Source: an uncultured virus (IMG/VR IMGVR_UViG_3300042540_001084)
Lineage: Duplodnaviria > Heunggongvirae > Uroviricota > Caudoviricetes
IMG/VR virus record: IMGVR_UViG_3300042540_001084
Direction: 5' to 3' (one strand)
Length of the DNA stretch: 64,000 nucleotides
Shown: positions 58,866-64,000 of the stretch, in pieces
Position numbering within the stretch: position 1 is the first letter of the stretch
Layout: each line of letters opens with the position of its first letter
The notes under the pieces: model-generated
Seen by the model: the letters and a program-made list of their open reading frames with translations, nothing else
Told to the model about the DNA's origin: nothing
Database searches by the model: none
Made by a program: the position numbers and the translations under genes

Positions 58866-61079
58866 ATGTCGTTAGAAACTATAATTTGTGTCAATAAGGC
58901 AACGGGGTGTAATACTGAGGTTCAAAAACAGATTACAGTCACCGGGCCATCTTGTTATATTGTTAGAATACCAGCTAGTTCTAACGCAATTGGTCCATTT
59001 GATATATTCATAAATTCAACTTCTGAGCCGGCATATGCCACTGATATAACCAGACAACAAATGATTGATGGTTATGTGGTGTGCTTTGATTTCACCCCAA
59101 CACCAACACCTACCCCAACTTATACGCCAACAACTACGCCAACACCAACACCTACTTCTACGACTCCAGGTGCCACAAGTACGCCAACACAAACTGTTAG
59201 CCCGACATCTACCGCGACACCATCTGTAACACCGACTATCACACCTACTAATACGGTAACAAATACCCCTTCGCATACTCCAACAAATACACCTACAAAT
59301 ACCCAAACTCACACACCAACTAATACTGCAACCCAAACTAAAACACCTACGCCAACAAATACATCAACTTCAACACCAACACAGACTCCAACTAACACTC
59401 ACACGCCAACTAACACCGCAACAAATACTTCAACACCAACACAGACCCCAACTAACACAAGGACTGCAACACCTACACAGACTCCAACAAGAACCCAAAC
59501 TCCGACACAAACAGCGACAAGAACACAAACTCCGACACAAACTTCAACTCCAACACAAACTCCAACGGTTACTCAAACACCGACCAATACTTCTACGCCT
59601 ACTCAAACACCAACGGTTACCCAAACACCAACTAATACTGCAACTAACACACCAACACAAACTGCAACTAACACACCAACACAAACTGCAACTAACACAC
59701 CAACACAAACTGCAACTAACACACCAACTCAAACCGCGACACCAACTCAAACTGCCACTAATACACCAACACAAACTGCTACGCAGACACCTACAATTAC
59801 TGCGACTAATACGGTTACACCAACACAAACTGCGACACAAACAAATACACCTACACCTTCAGTTACATCTGATATCACACCGACACCAACACCGTCTATT
59901 ACTGCTAGTCCAACTCAGACTCCAACTAATACCGCAACTCAGACTCCAACACCTACACCAACTAATACTGCAACTCAAACGCCAACGCAAACGCCAACTA
60001 ATACTGCGACTAATACTCAAACACCAACCAATACTGCCACTAATACTCCAACTCAGACGCCAACTAATACGGCAACTAATACTCCAACTAATACTGCGAC
60101 TAATACTCCAACACAAACAGCAACTAATACGCCAACCCCAACACAAACCGCAACATCGACTAACACTCCAACACCGTCTATTACTGCTAGTCCAACACAA
60201 ACACCAACACAAACACCAACGAGAACTCAGACCCCAACACAAACACCAACGAGAACTCAGACTCCAACACCGACACAAACACCAACACCATCGCAAACTG
60301 CGACTAATACTCCTACGCCTACAAATACCGCAACTAATACTTCAACACCAACACAAACACCAACACAAACAAAGACACCAACTCCAACACAGACATCGAC
60401 TCCAACACCAACACAAACCGCAACAAATACTCCAACTCAAACACCTACTAATACTGCGTCACCAACGCCAACCACTACAACTACTCCAACACCAACTCCA
60501 TCGGCACAACCAATACAGGCGTATTTGTTCATCGATAGAAACGACGCAACAATCAGAACTGCGTTAAACAACTATATGCTGGCACAAGGAAGTGCGTTCA
60601 GAGGATTTAACATTACTTCACCATCAACAATACAGGCGACATTTAATACACAAATGAACACCTATATTGCCTACAGTGGATGGGGTGTATCTGAACCAGC
60701 AATATTCACAGCGCCAATTTCAACAACAAGTGGTGGTAATGACGCTTTTGGTAACCCGATAGTTGCTTATAGATTCCAAACAATCCAAGTTCCTGCTGCG
60801 ACAGTACCAAATCCTACTGAAGTGGCGTACTATGTTTGGTTTGTATCAACGGGAGCGACTAACGGACAAAAGTATTCTACAATCTTGAATGGTAATGCTA
60901 ACCCACCGGCAACTGATACGGTTGTGAGTTCAATTTATAATAGTTTAATAATAAACTACACAGGCTCAGCAAATATACCTGCGGGTACTTACAGAGTATA
61001 TGTTACAAAACCTGCGGGTGGATTGACCATAACTAACAACGGAAACGCTTGGTATTTCCGAGGAGGCACGCTAGTATAA
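58866..61079 (+). CDS. mucin-like Thr/Pro stalk protein with terminal globular domains
   Basis: 737 aa, of which about 470 are (T-X)n; preceded by TATTTATA at 58849. Confidence 0.8.
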   Translation: MSLETIICVNKATGCNTEVQKQITVTGPSCYIVRIPASSNAIGPFDIFINSTSEPAYATDITRQQMIDGYVVCFDFTPTPTPTPTYTPTTTPTPTPTSTTPGATSTPTQTVSPTSTATPSVTPTITPTNTVTNTPSHTPTNTPTNTQTHTPTNTATQTKTPTPTNTSTSTPTQTPTNTHTPTNTATNTSTPTQTPTNTRTATPTQTPTRTQTPTQTATRTQTPTQTSTPTQTPTVTQTPTNTSTPTQTPTVTQTPTNTATNTPTQTATNTPTQTATNTPTQTATNTPTQTATPTQTATNTPTQTATQTPTITATNTVTPTQTATQTNTPTPSVTSDITPTPTPSITASPTQTPTNTATQTPTPTPTNTATQTPTQTPTNTATNTQTPTNTATNTPTQTPTNTATNTPTNTATNTPTQTATNTPTPTQTATSTNTPTPSITASPTQTPTQTPTRTQTPTQTPTRTQTPTPTQTPTPSQTATNTPTPTNTATNTSTPTQTPTQTKTPTPTQTSTPTPTQTATNTPTQTPTNTASPTPTTTTTPTPTPSAQPIQAYLFIDRNDATIRTALNNYMLAQGSAFRGFNITSPSTIQATFNTQMNTYIAYSGWGVSEPAIFTAPISTTSGGNDAFGNPIVAYRFQTIQVPAATVPNPTEVAYYVWFVSTGATNGQKYSTILNGNANPPATDTVVSSIYNSLIINYTGSANIPAGTYRVYVTKPAGGLTITNNGNAWYFRGGTLV
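59094..60503 (+). repeat. coding low-complexity repeat (Thr-X)n
   Basis: ACN codon at nearly every second position; includes ACTGCAACTAACACACCAACACAA x3 perfect (59637-59708) plus a 1-mismatch copy, and a duplicated TPSITASPT block near 59890 and 60171. Confidence 0.95.
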
Positions 61080-61115
61080 AGAAATTAAAAATATTTATTA
61101 AATAAAAAAAAAGAA

Positions 61116-64000
61116 ATGAGTTTTCAATATAAAAACCCCGTATCAACAACCATTCTTCAGACTCCTGATTCAGTCATTAGAGAAAATAATACCGGTACAA
61201 ATTTTAGTGTACTTGGAATTGGTGGATATATGGAAGTTTACTCCTTATCTGACCTAGATTTCATAATTCCAAATGACATTTTAATTAATGGGGGTGTTGT
61301 TTACTACTCAGGAAACTCAATTCCTATTAACTTAACTTATAACGTACCTTATTCATTACCAAACACGCTAACATTAAATAACGATGGTATTTCTTCAGGT
61401 CGTAGAAGATTAGGTATGCAGGTGTATGTCCAAGAGACAGACACTGTGTACCAATACACGATGACAGGATTTACGTCAATGTGGGATGATGCTGAAACTG
61501 CTGGTTCTATCATTGATTTAGGTAGTGGTTATGAGGTTTATGATGATACGCCACAAGGAGCGGCCCTTCTTGATGCTTGGACAGGCTCAACAATTGAAGG
61601 TGTTGGTGGGGTAACTAAGAATAATGCCAGATGGCAAATATTTTGGGGTAGTGATGTACAAATTACAGGTGGTACTTATTTCTCAGGAACTTCAGATTTA
61701 GATTTATACAATAATACAGGTGGTACTATTACAATTTCAGGATTTACTGCGCCAATTACAGGTGGAACTTATAATTCCGGTACACAAACTTTAACATTAA
61801 CAAATTCACTTGGTGACGACATTCAAATTACAGGATTTACCTCAGGAGGAGGTAGTCCTTTAACAGTTGGAGACGGAGTTACAACCGTAAGTAATGTCAC
61901 TGGTATAACATTCAATGGTGCTTCTGTTACTAATGATGGTGACGGTGCAATAACAGTTACAATAACAGGGGGAACTTCAGGTTCATCTGGTTCTTCAGGA
62001 ACAAGTGGGACTTCAGGAACATCTGGTATTAGTGGTATCAATGGTACTAGTGGAACATCAGGTTCATCTGGTACTTCAGGTTCAAGTGGTTCATCAGGAA
62101 CTAGCGGAACATCAGGTTCTTCAGGAACGAGCGGAACTTCAGGTTCATCAGGAACAAGCGGCACAAATGGTACATCGGGTTCTTCAGGAACAAGCGGTAC
62201 AAATGGTACATCAGGTTCATCAGGAACAAGCGGCACAAATGGTACATCAGGTTCAAGTGGTTCATCAGGAACGAGCGGTACAAATGGTACATCAGGTTCT
62301 TCAGGAACATCAGGAACATCAGGTGTAAGTGGTGCTGACGGAACTTCAGGAACTAGTGGTTCGTCAGGAACTAGTGGTTCGTCAGGAACAGGCGGTTCCT
62401 CAGGTTCTTCAGGAACAAGTGGAACTTCAGGTTCATCAGGAACAAGTGGAACTTCAGGTTCATCAGGAACAGGCGGTTCTTCAGGAACAAGCGGTTCTTC
62501 AGGAACAAGCGGTACAAATGGAACTTCAGGTTCAAGCGGTTCTTCAGGAACAAGCGGTACAAATGGAACTTCAGGTTCAAGTGGTTCATCAGGAACGAGC
62601 GGAACTTCAGGTTCATCGGGAACAAGCGGTACAAATGGAACTTCAGGTTCAAGTGGTTCTTCAGGAACAAGTGGTACAAATGGAACTTCAGGTTCAAGTG
62701 GTTCTTCAGGTACTAGCGGAACTTCAGGTTCAAGTGGTTCATCAGGAACGAGCGGAACTTCAGGTTCATCAGGAACAAGCGGAACATCAGGTTCATCAGG
62801 AACAAGCGGAACATCAGGTTCATCAGGAACAAGCGGAACTTCAGGTTCATCGGGAACTTCTGGTACATCAGGTAGCTCAGGTTCATCAGGAACAAGTGGT
62901 ACAAATGGAACTTCAGGTTCTTCAGGAACTTCTGGTACATCAGGTAGCTCAGGTTCATCAGGAACAAGTGGTACAAATGGAACTTCAGGTTCAAGTGGTT
63001 CATCAGGAACTAGCGGAACTTCAGGTTCGTCAGGAACTAGTGGAACTTCAGGTTCTTCAGGTTCATCAGGAACAAGTGGTACAAATGGTACATCAGGTTC
63101 TTCAGGAACGAGCGGAACATCAGGTTCATCGGGAACAAGCGGTACAAATGGAACTTCAGGTTCAAGTGGTTCATCAGGAACGAGCGGAACATCAGGTTCA
63201 TCGGGAACAAGCGGTACAAATGGAACTTCAGGTTCTTCAGGTTCATCAGGAACAAGCGGAACTTCAGGTTCATCAGGAACGAGCGGAACATCAGGTTCTT
63301 CAGGAACAAGCGGTACAAATGGAACTTCAGGTTCAAGTGGTTCATCAGGAACGAGCGGAACTTCAGGTTCATCAGGAACTAGCGGAACATCAGGTTCTTC
63401 AGGAACAAGCGGTACAAATGGTACATCAGGTTCTTCAGGAACGAGCGGAACATCAGGTTCATCGGGAACAAGCGGTACAAATGGTACATCTGGCTCTTCA
63501 GGAACGAGCGGAACATCAGGTGTAAGCGGTGCTGATGGTACTTCAGGAACATCAGGTTCAAGTGGAACTTCAGGTTCATCAGGAACAAGCGGTACAAATG
63601 GAACATCAGGTTCATCAGGAACAAGCGGTACAAATGGAACATCTGGCTCTTCAGGAACATCAGGTAGCTCAGGTTCATCAGGAACAAGTGGTACAAATGG
63701 AACTTCAGGTTCGTCAGGTACTAGCGGAACTTCAGGTTCAAGTGGTTCGTCAGGAACATCAGGTTCGTCAGGTACTAGCGGAACTTCAGGTTTAAGTGGT
63801 TCGTCAGGAACATCAGGTTCGTCAGGAACAAGTGGTACATCAGGTTCATCAGGTACTAGCGGAACTTCAGGTTCGTCAGGAACTAGTGGAACTTCAGGTT
63901 CTTCAGGTTCATCAGGAACGAGCGGAACTTCAGGTTCTTCAGGAACTTCTGGTACATCAGGTAGCTCAGGTTCATCAGGAACAAGTGGTACAAATGGAAC
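61116..64000 (+). CDS. Gly-X-Y (Ser/Thr-rich) fibre protein, runs off the right edge
   Basis: ATG at 61116 after TATTTAT at 61092: MSFQYKNPVSTTILQTPD...GRRRLGMQVYVQETDTVYQY...ITGGT, then (GTS/GSS/GTN)n to the window end; absent from the track because it has no stop in the window. Confidence 0.9.
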   Translation, partial: MSFQYKNPVSTTILQTPDSVIRENNTGTNFSVLGIGGYMEVYSLSDLDFIIPNDILINGGVVYYSGNSIPINLTYNVPYSLPNTLTLNNDGISSGRRRLGMQVYVQETDTVYQYTMTGFTSMWDDAETAGSIIDLGSGYEVYDDTPQGAALLDAWTGSTIEGVGGVTKNNARWQIFWGSDVQITGGTYFSGTSDLDLYNNTGGTITISGFTAPITGGTYNSGTQTLTLTNSLGDDIQITGFTSGGGSPLTVGDGVTTVSNVTGITFNGASVTNDGDGAITVTITGGTSGSSGSSGTSGTSGTSGISGINGTSGTSGSSGTSGSSGSSGTSGTSGSSGTSGTSGSSGTSGTNGTSGSSGTSGTNGTSGSSGTSGTNGTSGSSGSSGTSGTNGTSGSSGTSGTSGVSGADGTSGTSGSSGTSGSSGTGGSSGSSGTSGTSGSSGTSGTSGSSGTGGSSGTSGSSGTSGTNGTSGSSGSSGTSGTNGTSGSSGSSGTSGTSGSSGTSGTNGTSGSSGSSGTSGTNGTSGSSGSSGTSGTSGSSGSSGTSGTSGSSGTSGTSGSSGTSGTSGSSGTSGTSGSSGTSGTSGSSGSSGTSGTNGTSGSSGTSGTSGSSGSSGTSGTNGTSGSSGSSGTSGTSGSSGTSGTSGSSGSSGTSGTNGTSGSSGTSGTSGSSGTSGTNGTSGSSGSSGTSGTSGSSGTSGTNGTSGSSGSSGTSGTSGSSGTSGTSGSSGTSGTNGTSGSSGSSGTSGTSGSSGTSGTSGSSGTSGTNGTSGSSGTSGTSGSSGTSGTNGTSGSSGTSGTSGVSGADGTSGTSGSSGTSGSSGTSGTNGTSGSSGTSGTNGTSGSSGTSGSSGSSGTSGTNGTSGSSGTSGTSGSSGSSGTSGSSGTSGTSGLSGSSGTSGSSGTSGTSGSSGTSGTSGSSGTSGTSGSSGSSGTSGTSGSSGTSGTSGSSGSSGTSGTNG
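61971..64000 (+). repeat. 9-bp-period coding repeat (G-T-S / G-S-S / G-T-N)n
   Basis: About 2030 nt, roughly 225 triplets built from units such as GGAACTTCA, GGTTCATCA, GGAACAAGC, GGTACAAAT. Confidence 0.97.

Noticed and set aside
59016..60296. Cys/Trp-rich minus-strand ORFs
   Set aside because: Antisense shadows of the Thr-X repeat.
62005..63795. Long track ORFs such as 62329..63525 (QEQAVQMELQV...) and the minus-strand MNLKF.. ORFs
   Set aside because: Shadow frames of the 9-bp GTS/GSS repeat; the real frame starts at ATG 61116.
59094..64000. Possible CRISPR array or DGR template/variable repeats
   Set aside because: The repeats are codon-periodic with synonymous variation; no unique spacers, no adenine-specific mismatched pair, no cas or reverse transcriptase seen.
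1..64000. Stop-codon reassignment, as in some large Bacteroidota phages
   Set aside because: Recognisable genes are full length in the standard code and coding density is high.

Overview
AT-rich, densely coding segment of a large tailed phage (jumbo-type myovirus) in the standard genetic code. It carries a T4-like replication set (family B polymerase, gp32-like SSB, RecA/UvsX, 5'-3' exonuclease, DnaB-like helicase, SNF2 ATPase, class Ia nrdAB) interleaved with a contractile-tail module (gp13/gp14-like neck, tail completion, sheath, tube, chaperone, tape measure, very large baseplate proteins, gp25/gp6/gp7-like wedge) and a run of surface/fibre genes. No capsid, portal, terminase, tRNA or CRISPR was recognised. 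A TAnnTTTG promoter, A-rich starts without Shine-Dalgarno sequences, a DLPF SSB tail and SprB repeats suggest a Bacteroidota host (inference). The most notable observations are: (1) virion proteins rich in an [S/T]-G-x-[S/T] motif, culminating in a ~225-triplet Pro-free Gly-Ser/Thr repeat and a 470-aa Thr-X mucin-like stalk, with glycosyltransferase-like genes nearby, a candidate virion glycan coat; (2) a Mn-type SOD fused to a PD-(D/E)XK-like domain with a possible head-packaging leader; (3) a probable +1 frameshift (UUU_UUU_CGC) in the tail chaperone; (4) a TATTTAT promoter-like motif that is the reverse complement of the T4 late promoter; (5) an unlisted RHH regulator with a tandem-repeat operator facing the sheath gene. 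All calls rest on motif recognition by eye; no searches were run.
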